Below are positions 13,894 to 24,638 of a stretch of DNA of 64,000 nucleotides, piece by piece. The stretch spans positions 2,240,001-2,304,000 of the forward strand of contig OZ253375.1 in the NCBI GenBank assembly GCA_965261005.1, read 5' to 3'. The translations under genes and the position numbers were made by a program. How positions within the stretch are numbered: the first letter of the stretch is position 1; every line of letters begins with the position of its first letter. A model generated the notes under the pieces. That model saw only the letters and a program-made list of their open reading frames with translations, ran no database searches and was not told where the DNA came from. Origin of the DNA: Deinococcus sp. (lineage in GTDB: Bacteria; Deinococcota; Deinococci; Deinococcales; Deinococcaceae).

Positions 13894-15179
13894 CTTCCGG
13901 CCGCCCCTTCAACCGCCCGCCCCAGCGTCTCCAACCCCTCCTCCAACTCCTCCTCATTGGCATTCAGCGGCGGCAGCAGTCGGATCACGTTCTTGTGCGG
14001 GCCGCACCTGAGCAGCAGCAGGCCCAGGTCGCGGGCGCGCTCGACGATGGCGGCGGCTAAATCGGGGTCGGGGGCGCGCGAATCGCCGTCCTTGACAAAT
14101 TCGAGGGCCAGCATGGCGCCCAGGCCGCGCACGTCGCCAATGTTGGCGGGGAAGCGTTGTTGTAAGTCGAGCAGGCCGGCGCGCAGCAGTTCCCCTTGCC
14201 GCACGGCTTGCTCCAGCAAATCTTCCTCTTCAAAGATGTCCAGCACCGCGAGGGCGGCGGCGCAGCCAAGGGGATTGCCGGCGTAGGTGCCGCCCAGGCC
14301 ACCGGGGGCGCTGGCGTCCATCAGGTCGGCCCGGCCGATCACGCCCGCTAGGGGCAAGCCCGCCGCCAAGCTCTTGGCGACCGTGACGAGGTCGGGCCGA
14401 ATGCCCGCGTGCTGGTAGGCGAACATCTTCCCGGTGCGCCCAAAGCCGCATTGAATCTCGTCGGCGATCAGGACGATACCGTGCCGCTCGGTCAGGTCAC
14501 GCAGGGCGCGCAGGTACTCGGGCGGGGCTGGGATGAAGCCGCCCTCGCCCAGCTGCGGCTCGATGATGACGGCGGCGACCCGCTCTGGGGCGAGCTGGGT
14601 GTCGAGCAGTTCGTGCAGCGCCTCCAGCGCGCGCTCCCAGGGCCAGCCGTGGGAGGCGTCGGGGTACGGCGCGTGGTAGACCTCCGGCGCGAAGGGGCCG
14701 AAGTTCTGGCGGTACTTGGCGGAGGAGGCGGTCAGGCTCATGCCCAGCAGCGTGCGCCCGTGAAACCCGCCCTGAAAGGCGATCACGGCGGGCCGCCCGG
14801 TGGCGGCGCGGGCGATCTTGACGGCGTTCTCGGTCGCCTCGGCGCCGGTGGAGACCAGCAGGGTCTTGTTGGGGCCGCCGGTCTCTACCAAGTCGCCCAG
14901 CCGCCTAGCAAGCTGCAAATACCCCGCGTAGGGCGCCACCTGAAAGCACATGTGGGTCAGCTGCCCGGCCTGCTCGCGCACCGCCCCCACCACCTTTGGG
15001 TGGTTGTGCCCCACGTTCAGCACGCCGATGCCGCCCACGAAGTCCAGGTACGTCCGCCCCGCCTCGTCCCACACCCGCGTCCCCTGCGCCCGCGCGACGA
15101 CGACGGGATGCGCCACGGCCACGCCGCGCGGTACGAACTGGTGCAAGTCTTGGGTCGGCGTCTGCGTCCGGGTGGTCAT
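13890..15179 (-). CDS. gabT: 4-aminobutyrate--2-oxoglutarate transaminase (class III PLP aminotransferase)
   Basis: YLDFVGGIGVLNVGH, TGAEATENAVKIAR, FHGRT, IADEIQCGFGRTG, AKSLAAG and GGLGGTYAGNP. Confidence 0.9.
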   Translation of the reverse strand: MTTRTQTPTQDLHQFVPRGVAVAHPVVVARAQGTRVWDEAGRTYLDFVGGIGVLNVGHNHPKVVGAVREQAGQLTHMCFQVAPYAGYLQLARRLGDLVETGGPNKTLLVSTGAEATENAVKIARAATGRPAVIAFQGGFHGRTLLGMSLTASSAKYRQNFGPFAPEVYHAPYPDASHGWPWERALEALHELLDTQLAPERVAAVIIEPQLGEGGFIPAPPEYLRALRDLTERHGIVLIADEIQCGFGRTGKMFAYQHAGIRPDLVTVAKSLAAGLPLAGVIGRADLMDASAPGGLGGTYAGNPLGCAAALAVLDIFEEEDLLEQAVRQGELLRAGLLDLQQRFPANIGDVRGLGAMLALEFVKDGDSRAPDPDLAAAIVERARDLGLLLLRCGPHKNVIRLLPPLNANEEELEEGLETLGRAVEGAAGS

Positions 15180-15191
15180 GGCGCGCTCCTT

Positions 15192-15995
15192 TTAGCCTTG
15201 CTCCCTCCCCCCTTGCGGGGGAGGGCCGGGGTGGGGGGTATCGTTCTGCCCCTCCAGCTTCTCGGCCAGCTTTTCCGGCTCGAAGATGCTGGCCCCGGCG
15301 CCGTAGCGGGCGGTCACGGCGCGCTGGACCAGCCAGGCGGCGAGGCCGAAGCCGGCCAGGAACAGCGCGATGGACGGAATGCGCATGACGGCGTTCGCCT
15401 GGGCAACCTGCGCGTTGAAGTCGGGCGTGCCGAACTTGGCGGTCACGATCCGCAGGTTGACGCCGTAGTTAACGATCCCCGCCGCGACCTCCATTGCCGC
15501 GAAAATCAGCGTGCCGGTGTTCAGGGACTTGAAGACGCTCGGCTGCGCCAGGGCGACCCCCAGCGCCGCGCGCTCCCTGGGCTTCGCCGTCAGGGTCGAG
15601 GCGTCGAGGAAGATGCGGAAGAGGGGATAGCGAAAGCCGACCGACACCAGGGCCAGCCCCGCGATCAGAAAGCGCAGTAGCGAATCCTTCAAGGCGTACA
15701 GCGCGCCGTCCACGTACCAAAAGGCCAGCGCCCCCGTCACCAGGGCGGTCGCCCCCGCGAAGATGGCGATGGGGCTGACCCGGCGGCGCACCAGCAAATC
15801 AAAGGCGGTGTAGATCACCGGCACCAAGGCCGCCGCCAGGTAGGCGCGCACCGTGCCGCCCAGCACGTCCGCAAAGGCGAAGCCCGAGCCGAGCAAGTTG
15901 GGGCTGAGAATCGAGATGGGGATGATCAGGGTGAACAGGAGGTCCCAGAGGAGCTTGCGCCCGCCCGAGTCGCGCCGGGGTTCTGCGGTGGTCAC
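15192..15995 (-). CDS. Conserved membrane protein (VC0807-like)
   Basis: Multi-TM ORF with DLLFTLIIP and FGTPDFNAQ; GTG start 6 nt after CACAAT (leaderless-like). Confidence 0.6.
   Translation of the reverse strand: MTTAEPRRDSGGRKLLWDLLFTLIIPISILSPNLLGSGFAFADVLGGTVRAYLAAALVPVIYTAFDLLVRRRVSPIAIFAGATALVTGALAFWYVDGALYALKDSLLRFLIAGLALVSVGFRYPLFRIFLDASTLTAKPRERAALGVALAQPSVFKSLNTGTLIFAAMEVAAGIVNYGVNLRIVTAKFGTPDFNAQVAQANAVMRIPSIALFLAGFGLAAWLVQRAVTARYGAGASIFEPEKLAEKLEGQNDTPHPGPPPQGGREQG
15201..15238. repeat. REP-like palindrome, copy 2 (inverted), embedded in the 3' end of the membrane-protein gene
   Basis: Reverse complement CCCCCCACCCCGGCCCTCCCCCGCAAGGGGGGAGGGAG resembles 7510-7547. Confidence 0.7.
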
Positions 15996-16102
15996 GCCGT
16001 TATTGTGACGCACCAAGGTGAGCCGGCACAAATACTTTTTGGTGAGCGGCGCCCGGTTTCCGCCGTCCCAAGGCTGCTACACTCCCATGTTTGGAGGCGA
16101 GC

Positions 16103-17539
<1,437 letters not shown>

Positions 17540-17584
17540 CTGTTAAGCTCCCTTTGACTGGGGACATGTGTGATTGGGGGACAT

Positions 17585-17968
17585 GTGCTGCAAGGCTTTC
17601 GCAACTTCATTCTGCGCGGAAACGTGGTGGATTTGGCGGTCGGTGTGGTGATCGGGGCCGCCTTCAGCAACCTGGTCACCGCCTTCACCAACGCCTTTAT
17701 CAACCCGCTGGTGAAGCTGGCGACCGGCGGGGGCACCAAGGTGGGCGGCGAATTCAGCGTGAACGGGGTGGTCTTTCCCTACGGCGACCTGATCAGCGCC
17801 GCGCTCAACTTTTTCCTGACCGCGGCGGTGGTCTACTTTTTGGTGGTGGTGCCGCTCAACGTCCTCAACGAGCGCTTCAAAAGCGAGGACAAGCCCAAGG
17901 AGCAGGAACCCAGCAACACCGAGAAGCTGCTGGCCGAGATTCGCGACGAGCTGAAGGCGGGCGCGTAG
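17585..17968 (+). CDS. mscL: Large-conductance mechanosensitive channel
   Basis: FILRGNVVDLAVGVVIGAAF and the C-terminal LLAEIRDEL. Confidence 0.96.
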   Translation: MLQGFRNFILRGNVVDLAVGVVIGAAFSNLVTAFTNAFINPLVKLATGGGTKVGGEFSVNGVVFPYGDLISAALNFFLTAAVVYFLVVVPLNVLNERFKSEDKPKEQEPSNTEKLLAEIRDELKAGA

Positions 17969-18078
17969 GGTCAGGGCATGCAGGCTTCGGGCACGCGGGG
18001 TTGAGGTGTCTTTAAGCGGCTGCCCACAATGTGACCGGCTGTAAATTTTTCTGACCCCGGCTTTGGCATCTTGCGGCC

Positions 18079-19317
18079 ATGCACAAATCAGCCAAGCTGT
18101 TGGCCCTCGGAGCCGCCCTGGCGCTGGGACTGGGCGCCGCACAACAAGCGCCCACGCCGCGCCCCATTCCCCCCGCCGAGCCGCCCGTCAGCACGACCGT
18201 CACGCGCCTGGAGCCGGCGCCGATGGCCTTTAGCCCCGACAAGCTCGCCCGCCTGAAGGTGCCCGCCGGCTTTCAGCTCAAGGTGATGGCGACCGGGCTG
18301 GGCAACGCCCGCAGCTTGCTGGTGATGCCGAACGGCGGCATCTACCTCAGCCGCATGAAGCAGGGCGACCTGTGGTACCTGAGGGACGCCAACGGCGACG
18401 GCCAGATAGGGGCGGCCGAGCGGCGCCAGGTGGCGCAGAACCTCGGCACGCCGCACGGCATGTCGGTGCGCTGGGGCAAGCTGTACGTGGCGGGCCAAAA
18501 GAACATCTGGGTGATGGACATGGCTGGGGATGGCGACCTGAGCGTGCCGCGCGTGTTCGCCAGCGGCTTTCCCGACGCCGGGCAGCACAGCGCGCGCGGC
18601 ATCGGGTGGGGACCGGACGGCTACCTGTACGCCTCCTTTGGCAGCCCCGACAACGACTCGCCCACCCCCAACCCCGAGGACGCCAGCATGCTGCGCCTGA
18701 GTCCCGACGGCCAGAGCCGCGAGGTGTACGCGGATGGCCTGCGCCACACCATCGGCTTCGGCTGGCACCCGGTCACGAAGGTGCTGTACGGCTTTGATCA
18801 GGGCAGCGATTGGCACGGCGACAACATCCCGCCCGAAGAACTCAACGTCATCGAGCGCGGCAAGAACTACGGCTGGCCCTTTTGCTACGGCGACCGCCAG
18901 CCCGACCCCTACGTAAACGTCTCGGGCGTGCCCGGCCAAATCAGCAAGGCCGAGTACTGCGCGCGCACCCAGGGCAACGTGCTGAGCAACACCGCCCACT
19001 CGGCGGCCATTGACCTGGCCTTTTACACCGGCGACCAGTTTCCCGCCCAATTTAAAAACAGCGCCTTTGAGGCATTCCGGGGATCGTGGAACCGCAGCGA
19101 GCCGAGCGGCTACTACATCGGCCACGTCGAGTTTGGCGCGGACAACAAGCCGGTGGCCATCACGCCCTTTGTGAGCGGCTTCGTGTATCAGGAGGGCGGC
19201 CAGTGGAAGCAGTTCGGCCGGGTGGCGGGCGTGGCCCAGTACACCGACGGCTCGCTGCTGTTCACCGACGACCAAAGCGGCGTGCTGTACCGCGTGCTGT
19301 ACACGGGCGGCTCGTGA
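18079..19317 (+). CDS. Secreted PQQ-dependent glucose/sorbosone dehydrogenase-family beta-propeller
   Basis: Signal peptide; LKVPAGF, GPDGYLY, GLRHTIGFGWHP, PPEELN, NYGWP and RGSWNR. Confidence 0.88.
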   Translation: MHKSAKLLALGAALALGLGAAQQAPTPRPIPPAEPPVSTTVTRLEPAPMAFSPDKLARLKVPAGFQLKVMATGLGNARSLLVMPNGGIYLSRMKQGDLWYLRDANGDGQIGAAERRQVAQNLGTPHGMSVRWGKLYVAGQKNIWVMDMAGDGDLSVPRVFASGFPDAGQHSARGIGWGPDGYLYASFGSPDNDSPTPNPEDASMLRLSPDGQSREVYADGLRHTIGFGWHPVTKVLYGFDQGSDWHGDNIPPEELNVIERGKNYGWPFCYGDRQPDPYVNVSGVPGQISKAEYCARTQGNVLSNTAHSAAIDLAFYTGDQFPAQFKNSAFEAFRGSWNRSEPSGYYIGHVEFGADNKPVAITPFVSGFVYQEGGQWKQFGRVAGVAQYTDGSLLFTDDQSGVLYRVLYTGGS

Positions 19318-20714
19318 GGCGCCTGCTGCTGGGCGCCCTGCTGCTGAGCTTTGCCGGCGCCGGCGCGCAGACACCGGCGCTTTCAGCCACGGCCACCCTG
19401 CGTGACTCCAGCGGGCAGGTGCTGGGAACGGCCAAGCTGACCCAACTCGGCGCCCGGGTCGGCCAGGGGGTGCGGGTGGACCTGAGCGTGCGCGGCCTGG
19501 CGCCCAGCGGCCACGGCCTGCACGTCCACGAGCACGGCGACTGCGCCCCCGGCGTGGACCCCTTGGAAAACCAGGTCGTGCCGTTCGGCGCGGCCGGCGG
19601 CCACTTCGACCCCGGCATGAGCGACAACCACGCCGGCCCAGAGGTGGGCGACAAGCTCGGCCACGCCGGCGATTTGCCCATGCTCACGGTCGGCGCGGAC
19701 GGCGCGGGCCAGGCCAGCTTCGTGACCCAAAAGATCAGCCTGAGCGGCGAGGACGGCGTCCTCGGCCGCGCGCTGATGATCCACGCCGACCCGGACGACT
19801 ACACAAGCGATCCCGGCGGCGACAGCGGCGAGCGCGTGGGCTGCGGCGTGATCGCGCGACCCGGCCTGAACACGCGCGACTACGCCCTGCCCGGCGCCCA
19901 GACCTACCCCGAGGGTGTGGCCTACGACGCGGCCCGGAAGGTGCTGTTCACCGGCAGCGCGGCCACCGGCGACATCTACGCCGTGAACGCCGCGAGCGGC
20001 GCGGTCAGCCTGTTTTCCAAAGGGGGCGCGCAGGGACGCGCGACGGCGCTGGGCCTTTTGGTGGACCCAGTTGGCCGGCTGTGGGTGGCGGGCGGCGCCT
20101 CGGGCACGCTCAGCGTGCTGTCAAGGGACGGCGCGCCGGTGGCCACGCTCAAGACCCCCGCCAGCCCCCGGCCCTACCTCAACGCCCTGACCCTGGCCGG
20201 CGGCGCCGTGTACGTGACCGACTCGACCCGGCCGGTGCTGTGGCGTGCGCGCGGCGCGAACCCGGAGACCGGCGACCTGGAGCCGTGGCTCGACCTGACG
20301 AAAACCCCCATCCGGTACGGCCCCGGCCTGAACCTGAACGGCATCGTGTCCACGCCGGCCGGCCGGTACCTGCTGAGCGTGCAGTCGAACACCGGGGATT
20401 TGTGGCGCATTGACACCCGCAGCAAGGCGGTGAGCAAGGTGATGGGCGGCCTGAACAACGGCGACGGTGTGCTGCTGGACGGCCGCACGCTGTACGCGGT
20501 TCGCAACGCGGACGGGGTGATCGCCAAGGTGCGCCTGAGTGACGACTTCGCGCGCGGCCAGCTGGTCGCCGAGGAGCCGCTGAACGGCCTGCGCTTCCCG
20601 ACGACGCTGGCCGCTCTGGAGGGCGACTTGGTGATCACCCAGGGCCAACTGAACCAACTTCAGGGCGGCACGCCCGAGACCCCCTTCAAGCTGACCCGCT
20701 TCAAGAAGTTCTAG
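19314..20714 (+). CDS. sodC: Secreted Cu/Zn superoxide dismutase fused to an SMP-30/gluconolactonase-like beta-propeller
   Basis: Signal peptide; metal-ligand motifs HGLHVHE, GGHFDP, GHAGD, MIHAD and GERVGCGVI, followed by YPEG/LNGI/NGDG propeller repeats; GTG overlaps the upstream stop. Confidence 0.88.
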   Translation: MRRLLLGALLLSFAGAGAQTPALSATATLRDSSGQVLGTAKLTQLGARVGQGVRVDLSVRGLAPSGHGLHVHEHGDCAPGVDPLENQVVPFGAAGGHFDPGMSDNHAGPEVGDKLGHAGDLPMLTVGADGAGQASFVTQKISLSGEDGVLGRALMIHADPDDYTSDPGGDSGERVGCGVIARPGLNTRDYALPGAQTYPEGVAYDAARKVLFTGSAATGDIYAVNAASGAVSLFSKGGAQGRATALGLLVDPVGRLWVAGGASGTLSVLSRDGAPVATLKTPASPRPYLNALTLAGGAVYVTDSTRPVLWRARGANPETGDLEPWLDLTKTPIRYGPGLNLNGIVSTPAGRYLLSVQSNTGDLWRIDTRSKAVSKVMGGLNNGDGVLLDGRTLYAVRNADGVIAKVRLSDDFARGQLVAEEPLNGLRFPTTLAALEGDLVITQGQLNQLQGGTPETPFKLTRFKKF

Positions 20715-20734
20715 GCGTGTGGCGGACGGGGGCA

Positions 20735-20761
20735 TAGGGGAGGGTTTCAAACCCTCCCCTA
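20735..20761. repeat. Perfect 13-bp inverted repeat (TAGGGGAGGGTTT-C-AAACCCTCCCCTA), GTAG-type REP-like or terminator
   Basis: Read directly just downstream of the sodC stop; the right arm is followed by C, giving GTAG on the minus strand. Confidence 0.65.
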
Positions 20762-20894
20762 CCAGATCGGCGGGCGGGCGAACCTCAAGGCTGGCTTGAC
20801 GCTGCGTGACGCGCCTTTAGGGCGGCTCACATGGCGAGACGGTGGGCGGCTGCTCAGATGTGGTGGGTTCTTTTCCATTCTTACGGAGGCAGAT

Positions 20895-22079
20895 ATGCGC
20901 AAGTTGATTCCCCTACTTCTCGGCCTTTCCCTCGGCGCTTCCACTCAACAAGCTCAGGCCCAGTCGGGCGTGCCCGTCAGCAAGACCTTGCCGCGCGTGC
21001 CGGTGATCGGTCAGCTCGAAGAGGTTCACCGCTTTTACGACCAGATGCCGGTAGGGGTCGCCATCTCCAGTACGGGGCGCACCTTCGTGTCCTACCCGCG
21101 CTGGAGCGACGTGGTGAACTTCACCCTCGGCGAGATCGTGAATGGGAAGGAGGTGCCGTACCCGGGCCGCGACCTCAACCGCTACGGCCCCGGCAAGGGC
21201 ATTGACCCGGCGGCCCACTTCGTTTCGATGCAGGGGATGGTCGTGGACGCGCGCGACCGGCTGTGGGTGCTGGACAGCGGCACCATCAACCTCGGCAAGG
21301 TGATCGGCCCCGGCGCGGCCAAGCTGGTGGGCATTGACCTGAAGACGAATCAGGTCTTCAAGACCATCACCTTTCCCGCCGACGTGGTGCTGCCGAACAC
21401 CTACATGAACGATCTGCGGGTGGACTTGTCGCGCGGTCAGGGGGGCGCCGCCTACATCACCGACTCGGGGGAAAAGAGTCCCAACGGCATCATCGTGGTG
21501 GACCTGGCGACGGGGGAGAGCTGGCGGCGCCTCAGCGGCGACCAGAGCGTCAAGGCCGAGGACAAGTTCGTCGCCATCGTGGAGGGCAAGGCCTACCTGA
21601 ACCGGCCGAAGGGCGGCCCGGCCACCTACAACAAGACCGGCTCGGACGGCGTCGCCATCAGCCCGGACGGGAAGCGGCTGTACTACACGCCCAACGCCGG
21701 CCACTACCTGTACTCGGTGTCGGCGGACGCGCTGTGGGACCGGGGCGTGACGGCCGACGCGGTAGCCGCCACCGTCAAGAACCTCGGCCAAAAGGGCGTG
21801 AACGACGGCCTCGGTGAGGACACCCAGAACCGCGTCTACGTCACCGACTACGGCTCCAACGCCATCACGCGCCGCCTGCCGACGAATGAGATCGAGACCG
21901 TTGTGCGCGACCCCCGCTTGCTGTGGCCGGACACCCTCTGGATTCACGGCGGCTACCTGTACATCACGTCCAACCAGCTCAACCGCCAGCCCGGCCACCA
22001 CTACGGCAACGACCGGCGGGTCAAGCCCTACAGCCTGTTCCGGGTCAAGGTAGACGCGCAACCGGTGTTGCTCAAGTAA
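20895..22079 (+). CDS. Secreted major royal jelly protein/yellow-family beta-propeller
   Basis: Signal peptide; RTFVSYPRW, RLWVLDSG, YMNDLRVD, AYITDSG, SDGVAISPDG, WPDTL and SNQLNRQ; RBS GGAGG. Confidence 0.85.
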   Translation: MRKLIPLLLGLSLGASTQQAQAQSGVPVSKTLPRVPVIGQLEEVHRFYDQMPVGVAISSTGRTFVSYPRWSDVVNFTLGEIVNGKEVPYPGRDLNRYGPGKGIDPAAHFVSMQGMVVDARDRLWVLDSGTINLGKVIGPGAAKLVGIDLKTNQVFKTITFPADVVLPNTYMNDLRVDLSRGQGGAAYITDSGEKSPNGIIVVDLATGESWRRLSGDQSVKAEDKFVAIVEGKAYLNRPKGGPATYNKTGSDGVAISPDGKRLYYTPNAGHYLYSVSADALWDRGVTADAVAATVKNLGQKGVNDGLGEDTQNRVYVTDYGSNAITRRLPTNEIETVVRDPRLLWPDTLWIHGGYLYITSNQLNRQPGHHYGNDRRVKPYSLFRVKVDAQPVLLK

Positions 22080-22371
22080 GCCAGCTTCTCAGCAGCCAAA
22101 AGGCGGCCATGCCAACCAGCAGCCCCAGCCACAACTGCCTGCTGCGCCAGATCAGCAGGGCGGCCAGGACGGCGGCGAGGACACGCGGCACCCCCTCGCT
22201 GCCCGTGCCTGCCAGCGCGGGGGCGATCAGCGCCGCGAAGACGCTGACCGGCACGAAGCGCAAAAAGGCCAGCCAAAAGGGCGGCAACTTCAGCGCGGTC
22301 AGGCGCAGACCCACGTAGCGCGTCGCGTAGGTGATGGCCGCCATGCCGAGGATGATGAAGGTGTCGCTCAT
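22072..22371 (-). CDS. azlD: AzlD-family branched-chain amino acid exporter subunit
   Basis: GMAAITYATRY and LRFVPVSVFAAL; translationally coupled to azlC. Confidence 0.85.
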   Translation of the reverse strand: MSDTFIILGMAAITYATRYVGLRLTALKLPPFWLAFLRFVPVSVFAALIAPALAGTGSEGVPRVLAAVLAALLIWRSRQLWLGLLVGMAAFWLLRSWLT

Positions 22372-23024
22372 GGCTTACCCGCGCTGAGCCAGGCTCCCAG
22401 CAGCGCCCCGCCCACGCCGACGCTCAGCGTGACCAGCCCGCCGGGCAGAACGCGCGCCAGCCCCCAGGCCGCCGCGCCCGAGAGCAGCGCCACCAGCAGC
22501 TCCGTTCGCCCTCTGAGCAGCGGGATCAGCAGGCCCAGAAAGGCGAGCGGAAACACGAAGTCCACACCCAGCTTGGCGGGATCGGGCAGGACGCCCCCGA
22601 GCAGCGCGCCCAGCAGCGTGAAGGTGTTCCATACCAGGAACAGGCTCAGCTCGGCGCCCAGCACAAAGGCGAAGCTGCGCGTTCCCGCGCCGGCCGCGAC
22701 GCCGTAAGCCTCGTCGGTCAGGAAGTGCGCCGCCACGATTCTTTGCCAGGGCGTCATCGGCACCGCCCGCCCTAGGGACAGGCCGTAGAGCACATGGCGC
22801 GTGTTCAGCAGCAGCGTCGTGAACCAGATGCCGGGGGCGCCCGCACTGAGCGCGAACAGGCCCGCCGCCGAGAACTGTGCGCTGCCCGCGAAGACCAGCA
22901 GGCTCATCAGCTGGGTGTCGAGCGCGCTCAGGCCGCCCGCGCGGGCCGTCACGGCGTAGGCTACCGCGAAGGGCGCCACGCCCAGCCAAAGGGGAAGAAT
23001 TGCCGAAAAGCCGCGCCAGAACAT
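22368..23024 (-). CDS. azlC: AzlC-family branched-chain amino acid exporter permease
   Basis: MSLLVFAGSAQF, LLNTRHVLYG and FLTDEAY motifs. Confidence 0.9.
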   Translation of the reverse strand: MFWRGFSAILPLWLGVAPFAVAYAVTARAGGLSALDTQLMSLLVFAGSAQFSAAGLFALSAGAPGIWFTTLLLNTRHVLYGLSLGRAVPMTPWQRIVAAHFLTDEAYGVAAGAGTRSFAFVLGAELSLFLVWNTFTLLGALLGGVLPDPAKLGVDFVFPLAFLGLLIPLLRGRTELLVALLSGAAAWGLARVLPGGLVTLSVGVGGALLGAWLSAGKP

Positions 23025-23118
23025 GAGGTCAGGTTACGGCGCCCGAGGGGCGAAGTCTTGAACAGGATTGCGCTAGATATAGACAAGCTCTTCCCGATTT
23101 TTGCGACAAGCGCCCCTT

Positions 23119-23580
23119 TTACAAGGCGAGCCTCGGGTCGAACAGGAATGGCTCGGCCTCGTGAACGCTCACCTGCGGCCAGTCCGGGTGAAGCGGGTTG
23201 AGCAGCACGTTGAACTGGCCGCGCATCACGACGCTCGGCACCCTCAGGGCAACGCTGATCCGCTCACCAAACCACGTGTCGCCGATGGCCGTGCTCGCCG
23301 CCCCCTCCTCGGGGGTGTTCCACCCTTCGGGCAGCGCGCTGGGGTCAAGGCTGCGGATGAGCGCGTCCGGCACCTCGGCGGCGATCACGCTGTAATGGTC
23401 GCGCAGCAGCTGGGCACGCTTCAAGTGGACGAGGAGTTCCAGCGCCGCCACGGCCGGATGCTCGCTGGCGTAGACCACGGCGTGGCCCGGCGTGTTCCAG
23501 CGTCCGCCGGCGCGCTTGCTGCCGACGCCATCAAAGGCGGTTTCGGCGTAGCGGGTCTTCGTCAGCCGGTAGACCCTCAG
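23119..23580 (-). CDS. RES-domain toxin (NAD+ phosphorylase/ADP-ribosyltransferase-like)
   Basis: The reading frame extends upstream of the track start as LRVYRLTKTRYAETAFDGVGSKRAGGRWN; also ALELLVH, LRVPSVV and NVLLNP. Probable CTG start overlapping the antitoxin stop. Confidence 0.88.
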   Translation of the reverse strand: MRVYRLTKTRYAETAFDGVGSKRAGGRWNTPGHAVVYASEHPAVAALELLVHLKRAQLLRDHYSVIAAEVPDALIRSLDPSALPEGWNTPEEGAASTAIGDTWFGERISVALRVPSVVMRGQFNVLLNPLHPDWPQVSVHEAEPFLFDPRLAL

Positions 23581-24029
23581 CTGTACACACCGTATTCAAG
23601 GCGTGTCAGCAGCGCCTCGACGCGCTGAGCGCCCGCCTCGTTGCGGGCGTACTCAAGCGGCGTGTGCCCATCCAAAGCGATGGCGGGGCTGGTCATCCAC
23701 TCGTCGGCCGCCTCGACACTTTCGAGCACGTCTGTGGCGCGTGTGTAGAGGGCGACCAAACGGTACAGACGGTCGCTTTCCGCCGGAGAAAGCCGTCCCT
23801 CGCTGCGGCGTCTGGTCAGGGTTCGCTCGCTCACCTTGAGAACCGTCCCAATCTCGGGGGCTGCGCCGGGGGCCAAGCTCAAGAAGGTTTCCAGCACGCC
23901 GATGCTCAGTCCCTGCTCAATGTGTTCGTAAGCGTGTTCGTGGTCGGCGTTCGGGCCGAAGACACGCTTCAGGAGTCCTTTGCTCAAGCCTGCCCGTACC
24001 TGCTCCTGTTTTGGGGTCCACATCGTCAT
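23577..24029 (-). CDS. Xre/MbcA/ParS-type antitoxin
   Basis: SERTLTRRR..GRLSPAESDRLYR HTH region and A.EWM..P..ALDG.TPLE...LEYGVYS C-terminus; RBS GGAGG before ATG 24029. Confidence 0.9.
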   Translation of the reverse strand: MTMWTPKQEQVRAGLSKGLLKRVFGPNADHEHAYEHIEQGLSIGVLETFLSLAPGAAPEIGTVLKVSERTLTRRRSEGRLSPAESDRLYRLVALYTRATDVLESVEAADEWMTSPAIALDGHTPLEYARNEAGAQRVEALLTRLEYGVYS

Positions 24030-24085
24030 CGCGCTTCCTCCAAGCCATTTTGGCATTATATTCTACCACGCTGGCGGGGCCACGC

Positions 24086-24500
24086 TCAGATCACCCGCCT
24101 CGGCCCCGCGCTTTCCACCGTCTGCCCGCGCGACAAGCGCCGCTCCAGCGCCCGAATCACGCGCGTCAGGCTGAAGGTCAAGGCGAAGTAGATGGCGGCC
24201 GTGACCGCGAAGACCTCGAAGTAACGGTAGGTGGCGCCGTTGATCTGGCCGGCCTGCGCGAAGAGTTCTTGCAAGGTCACGACCGAGGCCAGGCTCGACC
24301 CCAGAATCAAACTGACGTACTCGTTGCCGAGGGCCGGCAGCACGACGCCAAAGGGGGTCCGCCCGAAGTACACCATGCTCAGCTGCACGATCAGCGGAAG
24401 GCCGCGAATAATTTCCACGTAGGCGTTGCCCAGCCGGCCCAAAACGGGTACGCGAAAAAAGCGCGTCAGGCCCAGCGGGGTGCCGCGCAGCAACAAGGGG
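24086..24500 (-). pseudogene. Degenerate polar amino acid ABC permease (internal deletion, no clear start)
   Basis: YVEIIRGLPLIVQL and PALGNEY.SL...SSLASVV...ELF are present, but the intervening EAA loop is absent; 5' boundary approximate. Confidence 0.7.
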
Positions 24501-24638
24501 GCCGGTCGCCCGACAAGACCGTGCCAAAGCCGGTCAGCAAATCGGAAAGGGTGCTCACGTTCCGCCCCGCCCCACCCATTCGCTGTTCGCCACAACGCCT
24601 CCCGTCACGCCGATTAAGCGCAAGTGTAGCGGGGCCGT

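Noticed and set aside
17555..17587. Direct repeat GGGGACATGTG x2 before mscL
   Set aside because: Only two copies 17 nt apart; looks like a local duplication of the RBS/start region, not a CRISPR or iteron array.
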